From positions 79,918,001-79,982,000 of the forward strand of contig NC_043000.1 of the NCBI RefSeq assembly GCF_006345805.1: a stretch of DNA of 64,000 bases, read 5' to 3'. Shown in pieces: positions 13,467 to 25,400 of this stretch. Position numbers and translations under genes: made by a program. Position 1 is the first letter of the stretch. Every line of letters starts with the position of its first letter. The stretch comes from Octopus sinensis. Lineage: Eukaryota. The notes under the pieces are model-generated. The model was given only the letters and a program-made list of their open reading frames with translations, was not told the origin of the DNA and did not search any database.

Positions 13467-16389
13467 TTGAGAGACTTTGTTGCATGCAATCAAGCCTTAT
13501 GCATAGCACTTACGGAAACACACCTGAAACCGGACATAGCGGATGCAGAATTACACATACCACAGTATGTTGTACTACGGACCGACAGAAAAGAAAGGAG
13601 TCATGGAGGAGTTGCTATGTACATCTGTGAGGACCTCACACCCCAGGTCCTTTTGTCATACTCAAAATCGGTGTGTGACACACTAATTGTACATGTAAGG
13701 CAACTTGGTGTAGTTGTGTGTGCTACATATCGCCCTCCAGATGCCCCAAGCCATATGGGCAAGTTTGAAGACTGCCTTATAAAAATAGAAGTTCTAGTCA
13801 CACTAGAACAGCACATAAGTGTACTTCTCATGGAAGACTTCAACCTACCCAATGTCAGATGGCCCGAGGGCCTTTCTCTCCCAGGAATGACATGATGTGA
13901 ACGGGGACAGGCGAGGTCCCTCCTGAACCTCATCAACGCCCTGTACATGGAGCAAGTAATACTCCAACCAACCAGGACAGGTAACACACTGGATCTCTGC
14001 TTCACAAATAATATGGATCTCATCCATAATGTGAAAGTGACACCGACACTACTCTCGGATCACAACATGGTAGAGCTGACCATGTACGGGCCAAGGAAAG
14101 CATGGACATGCAGCCTACAAGAAACTCTCGAATCTTTCCAGCTTGAACTTCAATAAGGCAAACTGGAAACAAATTGAGAAAGAGATCCTCAAACAAAACT
14201 GGCCTGAATGTCTCTCCTCGCCGGACATCGACATGAAACTTCAACAATTCATGTCTGTAATGCAAGCCATATGCTACAAATGTGTCCAGAGAGAAAGGCC
14301 ACTGTACAAAGAACAAAATCCCCAGAGAGTGGAAAATTTTAATGAGATGGCGTACAAAATTTCAAATCGCCTAAACAAACAAATTGAAAGCAATGAAAAG
14401 TCCCGCCTGAAAAAAACTGTTGGAAATTGAAAAATATCTGCAACTCTCCCATGAAAAGAAAAGAGCAGAAAGAAGCCTGGGCTATAGACAACATAAAAAC
14501 TAACCCCAGAGCTTTCTACAGGTATGCCAAAGAAACAGCTACGGTGCACTGTAGGATAGGGCACTCCTTGAAAAGGATGGCACACTCACAGGAAAACCAA
14601 TGAGGGTAAGTGAAATACTGAATGAGCAATTCAAGAGTGTTTTCACTCCACCCCTTGGGCATTTCCAAATCAGCAATCCAACTGACTTCTTTACCACTGC
14701 AGATATAAAATCAGAGGCGGCGACGATAAATTACATCGATATAAAGGAAGACATGTAATAAAGGCTATAGATGAAATGAAAAACACTCAGCTATTGGCCC
14801 CGATGGATTCCCGGCAATCCTCCTAAAAGTATGTAAGAGAGTCCTAGCAAGACCACTGCAGTCCTCTTTCAGAGCTTCCTTGCAGCTGGCAAACTTCCAG
14901 AAAACTGAAGGAAGGTAAAATATGCCCTATTCATAAAGGAGGTAGCAGAGCGGAGGCCAGAACTACAGACCTATCTCTCTCACCTCACACATCAGCAAGG
15001 TCATGGGATGAATAGTCAGAAAGAAACTAATCACTTTCCTTGAAGAAAATGACTTGCTGCCTGACACCCAACATGGTTTCCGACCAGGAAGAAGCTGCTT
15101 AACTCAGCTCCTACAACACTATGACTGGGTGCTGAAACAACTGCTCAACCACTCAAATGTGGAAGTCATATATCTCGACTTTACAAAGGCCTTTGATAAA
15201 GTCGATCATGGAATGATATGTCACAAACTGCGTGATCTTGGCATAGTTGGAAAATTGGGAGAATGGCTTCATGACTTTCTGAAGAATAGAAGTCAGGTGG
15301 TAGCAGCCACTTCCATTAACACGCAAATAGTGAGCGGTGTTCCGCAGGGCACTGTTTTGGGACAACTACTGTTCATAATGGCCCTCTCAGACATGCCCTC
15401 AGCCACGCAGAGAGCCACAAGTTACAGAACCCTGAAGACACTAAGCACCTGCAATGTGAGCTGGACGAAATATACAAGTGGGCTGAAAAGAATAGCATGC
15501 AGTTCAATGCTGAAAAGTTTCAAGCTTTATACTATCAGCATGCAAAACTGAATGCAATACCCAATGAATACACTGGACCCGGAGGGATTGCAATCCCAGA
15601 GGCACAATCAGTGCATGACCTGGGTATTCACATGAGTGATGATGCGACCTTTCATGTACATGTTGCTAAACTGGCAATGAAATGTAGACGGCTGGCTGGC
15701 TGGATTCTTAGAACCTTTAGAACAAGAGAACAAGAAACCATGATGGTCCTCTGGAAGACACTTGTCCTAAGCCACTTTGACTATTGCTCTCAGCTATGGT
15801 CACCATCCAGTGTCAAGTTGATCACAGAACTTGAGGCGATCCAACGAAGCTACACGAAGAAGATAGCCTCTGTGCAGCATATGAGCTACTGGGAAAGACT
15901 CAAGAGATTAAAGCTCTATTCTCTGGAGCATAGGTGAGAAAGATATGCCATAATATATATCTGGAAGATCCTGGAAGGACTTGTCCCAGACTTTGGCATC
16001 GAGAGTCATACAAATGCCAGAACCAGACGCCACTGCATAGTACCAAGGACTCCAAATTTGCCATCAAGATGTAGAACAAGATATTGTTATAGCCTGGGCT
16101 TCAGAGGCCCACAGCTCTTCAATATCCTCCCGAAGAACCTGAGGGACCTGCATGGTGTAGATGCGGATGTCTTTAAAGTAAACTGGATCTCTTCCTGTCA
16201 GGTGTCCCGGATGAACCAACTTCACAGCAGGAGGTGCAGATGAGGGCAGCTGCATCGAACTCTCTCATGCATCAGATGGCGTTTGCTAAAAAGCATCCGT
16301 GAGGTAAAATCGTGTAGCAAACCAAATGGCGGTGCCCCAGCATGGCCACAGCTCATTAGCTGAAACTGGAAAAATCAAAATCAAAATCA

Positions 16390-16392
<3 letters not shown>
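13467..16392 (+). mobile_element. CR1-like LINE ORF2 (APE + RT) and 3' end with (AAAATC)n tail, disrupted
   Basis: CIALTETHL, RTDR...GGVA, YRPP and EDFNLP (endonuclease); QHGFRPGRSCLTQLL, IYLDFTKAFDKVDH, SGVPQGTVLG and LEAIQRSYTK (RT and C-terminus). Multiple frameshifts and stops. Confidence 0.9.
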
Positions 16393-16440
<48 letters not shown>

Positions 16441-16473
16441 TATACACACACACACATATATGTTTATATATAT

Positions 16474-16517
<44 letters not shown>

Positions 16518-16526
16518 TTTTGCTGC

Positions 16527-16858
16527 TGAGACCCCCTTCAGTCATGACTGACCATGAGATTGCACCTATAAAGTTATCCTCCCAGGCACAAGTCCGGGCA
16601 AGGTTGTTTATGGAAGACTAGCAGTTGCCCATGCATACTGACCTCCCCTCTCCATGCCACCAGTGTTATCCAAGAGAAAGGCAAAGGCTGATACAGCTTG
16701 GCACCAGTGATGTCAAAACTCATTTCTGCAGCTGAGTTAACTGGAGCAACATGAAATAAAGTGTCTTACTCAAGAACACAACATGCAGCCAGGTCCAAGT
16801 TTTGAACTCACAATCTCATGATCGTAAGCTCGACGCTTTAACCACTGAGCCATGCACC
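16527..16858 (-). mobile_element. tRNA-headed CORE-like SINE, family C
   Basis: Minus-strand head tggctcagtggttaaagcgtcgagc... followed by the CORE-like gttgtgttcttgagtaagacactttatttca. Related copies lie at ~27285-27445 and 34770-35108. Confidence 0.7.
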
Positions 16859-16859
16859 A

Positions 16860-17038
<179 letters not shown>

Positions 17039-17174
17039 GTTTAAATATTTGTTGTGCAAGATTTTTATGTGAAATCATTTTGCCAGTTTAGCCAATAAAA
17101 ACACACGCACTATATATTTGGTGTTATTTTGCTTCAGTGTTATTTATTTTTTACATTAGTCTTAATCTTATTTC

Positions 17175-17219
17175 GGCCAGAGTTCTTTCGTCACACTCCT
17201 GTGACTGCATCAGTGGTCC
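17175..17219 (-). ncRNA. Minimal type I hammerhead-like motif with variant core (CUGAUGCA)
   Basis: Minus strand: ggacca CTGATGCA gtcac aggagt gtgac GAAA gaac TC tggcc. Confidence 0.6.
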
Positions 17220-17827
17220 TTTGTTTTCTTCTTTCTTATTTGTGTCTCTCTTTACTAACCGTCAGAATGTAATATTATGCATATATACTATATATATATG
17301 ATATATATATATATATGGATTTATATATATATATATATCCATATATATATATACATATATATATAGTATATATGCATAATATTACATTCTGAGTTCAAAT
17401 TAAATAAGTACCAGTTACGCATTGAGGTCGATGTAATCTACTTAATCTCTTTGTCCTTGTTGAAATAAAAGTAGGAAATAGTAAAATTATTCCAACAACT
17501 TCTAGTTATATAATTTTAGTTTGTCATGTTTTTATATAGGATGTAAATAGCAAAATAAATTCATATAATCTAAACCTGAAGATTGGCAGTATAATCGTTT
17601 TAATATGGTATTGTATTTAGAGACCTTCTATTTTAGCAATATTGAGGAATATGTTGTAATGAAACGCGTGTAGCTATATAATGTAAAGTATATGAATTGT
17701 AATAAGAATTGAAGGTATCAATTTTGATAATTTTAATATTTAGTCCTATATGTACCTATCGTGGATAATGTCGTTCAATGATGATTGAGTTGCTTGAGGG
17801 TGATTCTGTCTCTTAAACCTATCAAAA

Positions 17828-18840
17828 TATATGCATAGGTCTTGATGTATGCAGCAAGATCGCTCAGGACAAAATTTTGCTTTTGTTGTTGTGATGCAAC
17901 AGGCCCCCAATATTTAGTGAAAATATTGGCATAACAACTGTGCAGGCATTAGGGGAGGCCATCCCATGTCTGTTGATTATGGTGGTTTTTCACAATGGTG
18001 GTCAAGGTTCCTCATTTGCACTTGGTGTAACCAGGTCAGCTGCTGCACAATTTTTTATGCCAGCTGCTGCCTTGTGCATCACATCTGAAGAGCGCACTGC
18101 ATTTGTATGTTTTTCTGTGGAGGCAATTGGTACCTTTCCTCAGGAAAGTATTTCTCCTTACGGCCTCTGTTGTTTTGGTGTGATCTCAGGTGAACAAACA
18201 GGTAGTTTGTACTGTGTTCCCCATGCCAACATCTGCTTTGCCAGTAAAATTTGCAGGTCCTTGAGTGCACTCCAAATTTTTTTTCTCCTCTAGGGTTTCG
18301 GATTCCATTGAAGCCTCCATATTTGAGTTTTCTGTTTTTTGTTTGGGGATTTGGGGTTTCGGCTTTAGTTATTTCATTTTTTCCTTTTCCTTGTTCTCCC
18401 TTTCCTTCTTTATATTTGTGCTCATATTCATTCCTTTCTTTTCTTGTGGTTGCATTTGCTTTCCTCTGGTTGTCCAATGGGGTGAGGACTCCATTCCTTT
18501 GTAGGACCACTGGCACAGAGGGACTTCTGTTTGTTGTGTCCTTAGTTTCCCAATCCTTATCAACTTGGTTGTTTACTGGGGTGGGGGATCCATTCTTTTG
18601 AGGAACCACTGGATCAAAGAGACTTCTGGTTTTTGCTTTGTTTTCCCTATCCTTTTTAGCCTTGCCACAGTAGTTTTCCATGATGACACCAAGAGTGTCA
18701 ATGAGTGATCTAATAAGGATTGGATGAAATCATTTTTCTTCCGCTCTATCTGTTCAATGATTCTACAGAAACCATTGTTCTTCAGTGCAGCAGTGATGAT
18801 GTTGTTTGTCAGATCACCGCTAGCAATCATCCATGCTCAC
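17828..18840 (-). pseudogene. CR1-like LINE 5' part: ORF1 with CCCH-like zinc finger and first codons of ORF2
   Basis: Basic ORF1-like frame with RTCKFYWQSRCWHGE...LFVH, then MPIFSLNIGGLL..NNKSKI..LSDLAAYNQDLCI (one frameshift assumed), which matches the start of the plus-strand endonuclease at 13467. Confidence 0.6.
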
Positions 18841-18894
18841 AGCAGTAGATTCATTTTTTTGGTCTACCACTTTGGTGTCATCTTCGTTTTTGAA

Positions 18895-19345
18895 GTGCAG
18901 AGGGGGAGGAAAGGATAGAGAGGAAGAGAGACAGAGGGAAGGAGAGGGAAAGAGAGAGGATGATATGAAGAAAGGGAGAGGGAGTTTGAACCAATAGCAA
19001 GACAGAGGGAGGGAGAGGAGGAGAAGAGAAAGAGAGACATGGTAAGGAAGGGAGAGGAGAGAATGAAGGATGTGAAGGAAAGGGAGAGATGGAATAAGAA
19101 GGGGAGGGAAAATGAGAAGTATATGAGGGAGAGGGTAAGATGAGAGGAGGGGAGGTAGAAGTAAAGAGAGACAAAAGAGGGGAAAGAGAAGTGAGAAAAG
19201 GAGGAAGATATGAAAGGAGAGACAGAGTGAAGGAGAGGATAGAAAAAGTGGGAGGGATGAAACAGAGAAGGAGAGAGGTAGATGTAGAGAGAGACAAAGG
19301 GAGGGAGAGGGAAGTGGGAAAAGCAGGAAGATATGAAAAGAAGGA
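18895..19345. repeat. Purine-rich (GA/GGA) low-complexity tract
   Basis: Almost pure purine on the plus strand with recurring ggaagatatgaaa. Confidence 0.85.
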
Positions 19346-19632
19346 TGTTTCAAGTAAAAATCATGTTACACGCAGACACAAATGAAAGTACGATTTATCA
19401 CCACGTACTTTCTTCGAGGTCAAATCTGGCTTGTGTTACTGACTTAAATGTAATATATTAAACTTATAGTGTAATATATTAATTTTTTACCAATCAATAA
19501 TAGCAGATCGCTATGAAATAACAAGTACTACATTTTTTGTTAGTTTTAGCAGATTTTTTGTTGATTTAGGGAATTCCTCTTGGTTGTTTCAGGAGCATGA
19601 AAAAGCATGTCTTCCCACAATGAAACCAGACG

Positions 19633-21515
19633 TGTGGTACCAGTACCGGTGGCACACAAGAAAACCATCCGAACGTGGCCGTAGCCAGTACCGCATCGAC
19701 TGGCCTCCGTGCTGTGGGCACAACAAACACCATCCGATCGTGGCCGTTTGCCAGCCTCATCTGGCACCTGTGTCGGTGGCACATAAAAACACCATCCAAA
19801 GACCCGGCGACGTAGTCAGTCCACCTGTGCATACCTTCCTTCTTATGACACTTGTGAAGACCTGTTGAGGCAAGTGTGTGACACTTGTGAAGACCTGTTG
19901 AGGCAGAGGCAAGTGTGTGACACTTTGTGAAGACCTGTTGAGGTTGAGGCAGAGGCAAGTGTGTGACACTTGTGAAGACCTGTTGAGGCAAGTGAAAATC
20001 AAACCAAATCAAAATAGATGAACATCAATGGAATTTGTATCTTTGTGGTACCAGTACCCGTGGCACACAAGAAAACCATCCGAACGTGGCCGTAGCCAGT
20101 ACCGCATCGACTGGCCTCTGTGATGTGGGCACATAACAAACACCATCCGATCGTGGTGGCCCCTACCTGGGACGTAGTCAGTCCACCTGTGCATACCTTC
20201 CTTCTTGGGACACTTGTGAAGACCTGTTGAGGCAAGCGTTGTGACACTTGTGAAGACCTGTTGAGGCAAGTGAAAATCAACAAATCAAAAAATCAAAACA
20301 AATCAAAATAGATGAACATCAATGGAATCTGTATCTCTGTGGTACCAGTGCCGGTGGCACACAAGAAAACCATCCGAACGTGGCTGTAGCCAGTACCGCA
20401 TCGACTGGCCTCCGTGCTGTGGGCACATAACAAACGCCATCCGATCGTGGCCGTTCGCCAGCCTCATCTGGCACCTGTCCGAAGACCCGGCAAGACTAGT
20501 CAGGCCATAGCCCGTGGCCCCTTCCTGGGACATAGTCAGTCCACCTGTGCATACCTTCCTTCTTATGACACTTGTGAAGATCTGTTGAGGTAAGTGCTAA
20601 TCAAATCAAATGACACTTGTGAAGACCTGTTGAGGCAAGTGATAATAATAATAATAATAATCATAATCATAATCAAATCAAATCAAAACAAATCAAATAG
20701 ATGAACATCAATGGAATTTGTATCTTTGTGGTACCAATGCCGGTGGCACACAAGAAAACCATCCGAACGTGGCGGTAGCCAGTACCACATCGACTGGCCT
20801 CCGTGCTGTGGGCACGTAACAAACACCATCCGATCGTGGCCGTTCGCCAGCCTCATCTGGCACCTGTGTTGGTGGCACATAAAAACACCATCCAAAGACC
20901 CGGCAAGACTAGTCAGGCCATAACCCGTGGGCCCTACCTGGGACGTAGTCAGTCCACCTGTGCATACCTTCCTTCTTATGACACTTGTGAAGACCTGTTG
21001 AGGCAAGTATGTGACACTTGTGAAGACCTGTTGAGGCAAGTGTGTGACAGTTGTGAAGACCTGTTGAGGCAAGTGAAAATCAAACCAAATCAAAATAGAT
21101 GAACATCAATGGAATTTGTATCTTTGTGGTACCAGTGCCGGTGGCACACAAGAAAACCATCCGAACGTGGCCGTAGCCAGTACCGCATCGACTGGCCTCC
21201 GTGCTGTGGGCACGTAACAAACACCATCCGATCGTGGCCGTTCGCCAGCCTCATCTGGCACTTGTGTCGGTGGCACATAAAAAACACCATCCGAGCGTGG
21301 CCGTTCGCCAGCCTCGTCTGGCATCAGTGTTGGTGGCACATAAAATCACCCACTACACTCTCGGAGTGGTTGGCGTTAGGAAGGGCATCCAGCTGTAGAA
21401 ACACTGCCAGATCTGACTGGCCTGGTGCAGCCTTCGGGCTCCCCAGACTCCAGTTGAACCGTCCAACCCATGCTAGCATGGAAGGCGGACGTTAAATGAG
21501 GATGAGGATGATGAT
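19633..21515 (+). repeat. Tandem array (about 5 units, 294-398 bp) of an RTE 3' UTR segment ending in a normal RTE 3' tail
   Basis: The anchor tagatgaacatcaatgg recurs at 20015, 20309, 20698 and 21096. The array ends ccatgctagcatggaaggcggacgttaaatgaggatgaggatgatg. Confidence 0.9.
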
Positions 21516-21539
21516 ATATATATATATATATATATATAA

Positions 21540-21745
21540 CGGGAAGGTTTACGAAAATAATCAAAAGACGAAGGCAGGTGGAGTACAAACAAACAATGTA
21601 TTAGTATGGCGCTCAGGAATAGAAATAAAACAAGTCTTTTACGTTTTGAGCCTACGCTCTTCGACAGAAAGATACACAGAAAAGAAACAAGGAGAGAAAC
21701 AAGGAGAGAAAAAAATGCGTGTAGGGGCTAACGATCCAACATATA
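21540..21745 (-). mobile_element. Penelope pLTR-like end with minimal hammerhead variant (21635-21672)
   Basis: Minus strand: tcttt CTGTCGA a gagc gtag gctc AAAA cg TA aaaga. Confidence 0.65.
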
Positions 21746-21839
21746 GCATAATATAATATAATATATATATAATATTATATATATATTTATATATTATATA
21801 TATATATATAATATATATAATATAATACATTACATTACA

Positions 21840-21871
<32 letters not shown>

Positions 21872-21900
21872 TATATATATATACATATAATATATATATA

Positions 21901-22536
21901 TGACCTGGGATGAGGTGCTGAGGCATGACCTTCAAACATTGGGCCTCATTGAGGCAATAACTAGTGACTGGGACCTCTGGAAATATGCTGTGCTTGAGAA
22001 GTCTCAGCAAGCGCAAGTGTGACCATAACCTTGTGGCCTAGGCTAGTGGTGTAACCAATCCACTTATGCATGCCTTTCTTCATTGGACACTAAACTCTGC
22101 TTGTGAAGACCAGTTGAGGCAAGTGAAATTGAAGTCGAAATCAAACTCGGTGACTGGCATCCGTTACTAGTGGAGTGCTAAGTGTACCATATGAGTGAGA
22201 TCGTTGCCAGAGCAACAAGCTGGTCTTTGTGCTGATGACATGTTAAACACACCATCCGAGCATGATCGTTACCGCGTCGCCTTACTAGCACTTGTGCTGG
22301 TGGCATGTGAAATATTCGAGCAAGGTTGTCGTCAGTGCTGCTGGACTGGCTCCTGTGCAGGTGGCACATAAAAGCACTTACTACACTCTCGGAGAGGTTG
22401 GCATTAGGAAGGGCATCCAGCTGTAGAAACTCTGCCAGATCAGATTGGAGTCTGGTTCGCCAGACTTCAGTCAAATCGTCCAACCCATGCTAGCATGGAA
22501 AGCGGATGTTAAATGACGATGATGATGATGATGATG
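21901..22536 (+). mobile_element. 5'-truncated RTE LINE (ORF C-terminus + 3' UTR + (GAT)n)
   Basis: TWDEVLRHDLQTLGLIEAITS.WDLWKYAVLEK is the RTE C-terminus. It is followed by the UTR motif tgtgaagaccagttgaggcaagtgaaat and the palindrome ccatgctagcatgg before the tail. Confidence 0.85.
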
Positions 22537-22541
22537 TATAT

Positions 22542-22595
<54 letters not shown>

Positions 22596-22937
22596 TTATA
22601 TCATATTATAATATGATATATCTATATCTATATCTATATACATATATATAGATGAATATATATAAATGATAACGATAGTCACTGTGGTTTGAACAGTTAG
22701 CTTTACGTCCACCCCACTTCTATAGCGAAATTCTTTCCTAAGCCTTCGAACATTCTTTCAATCAACCTTCCCTCTCCACTTGTTCCCTACCTATTATTCC
22801 TTTAACCCTTCTCTTCCTACTATCTATCTTTGACGTCAATTCTTCTAACGTCTTTTTTAAAAAACACTCATTATCGTTTTGTTTACCATGTAGGCAATCA
22901 TCGAAATTTTTGTTTGCCTTGTTGTTGAGAGAGGCTC

Positions 22938-23027
22938 CCTTTCTTTCCTGATGAGAAGATTGCATAATGCACCCTTTATTCCTTTGGAATGAAAACATGT
23001 CTTCGAAACATATGTCGAGAGTAAAGG
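22938..23027 (+). ncRNA. Type I hammerhead ribozyme, intact core, palindromic stem III
   Basis: ccttt ctttc CTGATGA gaaga-[40 nt]-tcttc GAAA catatg TC gagag t aaagg, with G10.1-C11.1, an ACAUAUGU palindrome and a GUC triplet (predicted cut after 23016). Confidence 0.8.
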
Positions 23028-23339
23028 AATTTTGTTAACATCTTCGTTCGACTCCATTCTTTCATTTATTCATATACAACACACAAATTTCTGCATATGA
23101 ATCCGGAGTTTCTACCCTTGGACAGGTCGCTTCAACCGTGTTTCTGACGTGAATTTACTACCCAGGTTTCGGTTAAACAAATTTTCCATGCTGACGATAA
23201 ACATAGGATAATTCATTCACCTATTTAAATATATATGAATATATATATATACATATACATATATATATACATACATACATACATACATATATATATATAT
23301 AATATATATATATTATATATATAGAAGAGAGAGAGAGAG

Positions 23340-23415
23340 AGAGAAGACTAGTAAATCTGTGATTGCTTAGTATTTCTCTCTCCTTCTCTCTCTCCCCCTT
23401 CTCTCTTTCTCCTCT

Positions 23416-23447
<32 letters not shown>

Positions 23448-23452
23448 CATAC

Positions 23453-23491
<39 letters not shown>

Positions 23492-23567
23492 AGAGGAGAA
23501 AGAGAGAAGGGGGAGAGAGAGAAGGAGAGAGAAATACTAAGCAATCACAGATTTACTAGTCTTCTCT
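23340..23567. repeat. Near-perfect inverted duplication (~90-bp arms around a (TA)n centre)
   Basis: agagaagactagtaaatctgtgattgcttagtatttctctc... and its exact reverse complement. ORFs 23221-23544(-) and 23363-23569(+) begin with the same peptide. Confidence 0.95.
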
Positions 23568-23839
23568 GAGGAGATGAAAGTTGTAACATCTGGCCATGTT
23601 GTAAGAAAACAAGAAACATCAAGTACCCTGCTCTGTTTTTATCATTAAGTTCTTTCATATTGTGGATCACTATGATCACTTGATCAAAGTTTATCTACAT
23701 ATTTTGTGTGTGTCTGTGTGTGTGTTTTTGTATTATATGTATATATATTAATATATATATATATATAATATATATATATATATATAATATATGTATATAA
23801 TATATATATATATATATTATATATATATATATATAATAT

Positions 23840-23875
<36 letters not shown>

Positions 23876-24939
23876 ATATAATATATATATATAATATATA
23901 TATAATATATATATATATATAATATATATATATGTATTAATATATATATATATATATATTAATATATATATATATTAATATATGTATATATTAACATATA
24001 TATATAATATATGTGTGTGTGTATGCACATTCATCTCATGTTCACACTTCCATTAGCATTATTTACATTTTTACTGATATACTTTTATTTAATCTTTTCT
24101 CCATATCTTGGAGAATCTTTCAGCTTAAACTCTTCATTCAAATTATTCCATTCTCTGTTTCTCCAATTGTCTGTTTCTCCGTTTGTTTGTTTAATTTGTA
24201 GTTTTTTTATATTTTTACAATATTATTCAAAATATTATTTTCACTCCTGGTGAGAGCAATAACGTATTCTTTGAATAGATTATATGATTTGTTGGTGTTC
24301 TTTATTATTCTAGTTTTACAATTTTCTGAATAACAAGATTGTTTTGAAAAGAAATGTAAAAAGTACACACACACACTCATACACACACACACACACATAT
24401 ATATATGAGTGTATGCATGTATGTGCATGTGTATATATATATATGTATATAAATAAATATATATATATATATATATATTTGTGTGCATGTGTGTGTTTAT
24501 ATATATACGTGTGTGTGTGTGTATACACACATGCACACATACACACATGCACACACACTCATACATACACACACATTGTTTTAATCTTTAATTCAAGAGA
24601 ACAAAATAAGCCATGTTTTATTTTTCTTCGAAACAGTAATCAAAGATTATAAAACTTATGAAAAAAATTTAATAAATAAAAAGTGAAATCCAAAATTTCA
24701 ACGACTGGTTTTGAAATAGTTGACACTTCTCACTAGTAAGATCTTCAAATTCTTTTCAGTACTTTCCCCACCAATTTTATCAACACATGTCATAAACTTA
24801 TCGTGTACTAGGTTTAAAAACAGTAAGATTTTCAGAGAGATTTGAAATTCTGTAGGTGACCAAAAGTGTGGTAGACTGACAAAATTGGTGGTGCAAGTAA
24901 CAAAAATAAAACAGATTGACAAAATTAGTAGACTGACAA

Positions 24940-25400
24940 ATTTGTTGTACATTGATGGAATTTGTTGAGTAATGAACAAAAAGGTCATTTTTTTCATCTG
25001 TCAGCAGACAAGGCACAAATTTTGCAACAATATGATGTTTTCAATTCTTTCATTTTAAAATCATGTATTTGGATTTATAAAGATGCCTTCTATGGAAATT
25101 TTCCACAGAGTTAGGAGATGATCTTCATAGTTCACAGTATACACTTTGACAATATGATAGTCATTGGTTGTCATAGAAGGCCTCCCAGATTTAAAATCAT
25201 CTTCAGTGGATACTCCTCTTGATTTGAAATGCTGATACCACTTGGGACATTATGTATAGCTCAAGTAATTCTCTCTCTTAGCCTGTCATAACATTGCAAA
25301 ATCTTGTATAAAAGTTTATTTGAATTTGAAACAATTTCATAGAAACAAATCTCTCTTCCAAATCTTTCATTATTTAACTCTGTGGGTGAAATTACCAACT
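24940..25400 (-). pseudogene. Highly decayed mariner transposase N-terminal region
   Basis: CPKWYQHFKSRGVSTEDDFKSGRPS and FVPCLLTDEK on the minus strand. Confidence 0.55.

Noticed and set aside
19846-19992. CRISPR-like ~30-bp direct repeats (tgacacttgtgaagacctgttgaggcaag)
   Set aside because: No unique spacers and no cas genes, in eukaryotic context. They are sub-repeats of the RTE 3' UTR.
19546-21495. Repeated Cys/His-rich ORFs in the arrays (also 37835-39705)
   Set aside because: Open on both strands in non-coding UTR-derived units, with no domain signature and frame-breaking unit lengths.
22762-23057. Minus-strand ORFs as a possible PLE N-terminus
   Set aside because: Weak resemblance only. 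The intact plus-strand hammerhead indicates the opposite orientation.
23566-23630. ctgagga...gaaa as a hammerhead
   Set aside because: No compatible stem I or stem III with a UH site could be drawn.
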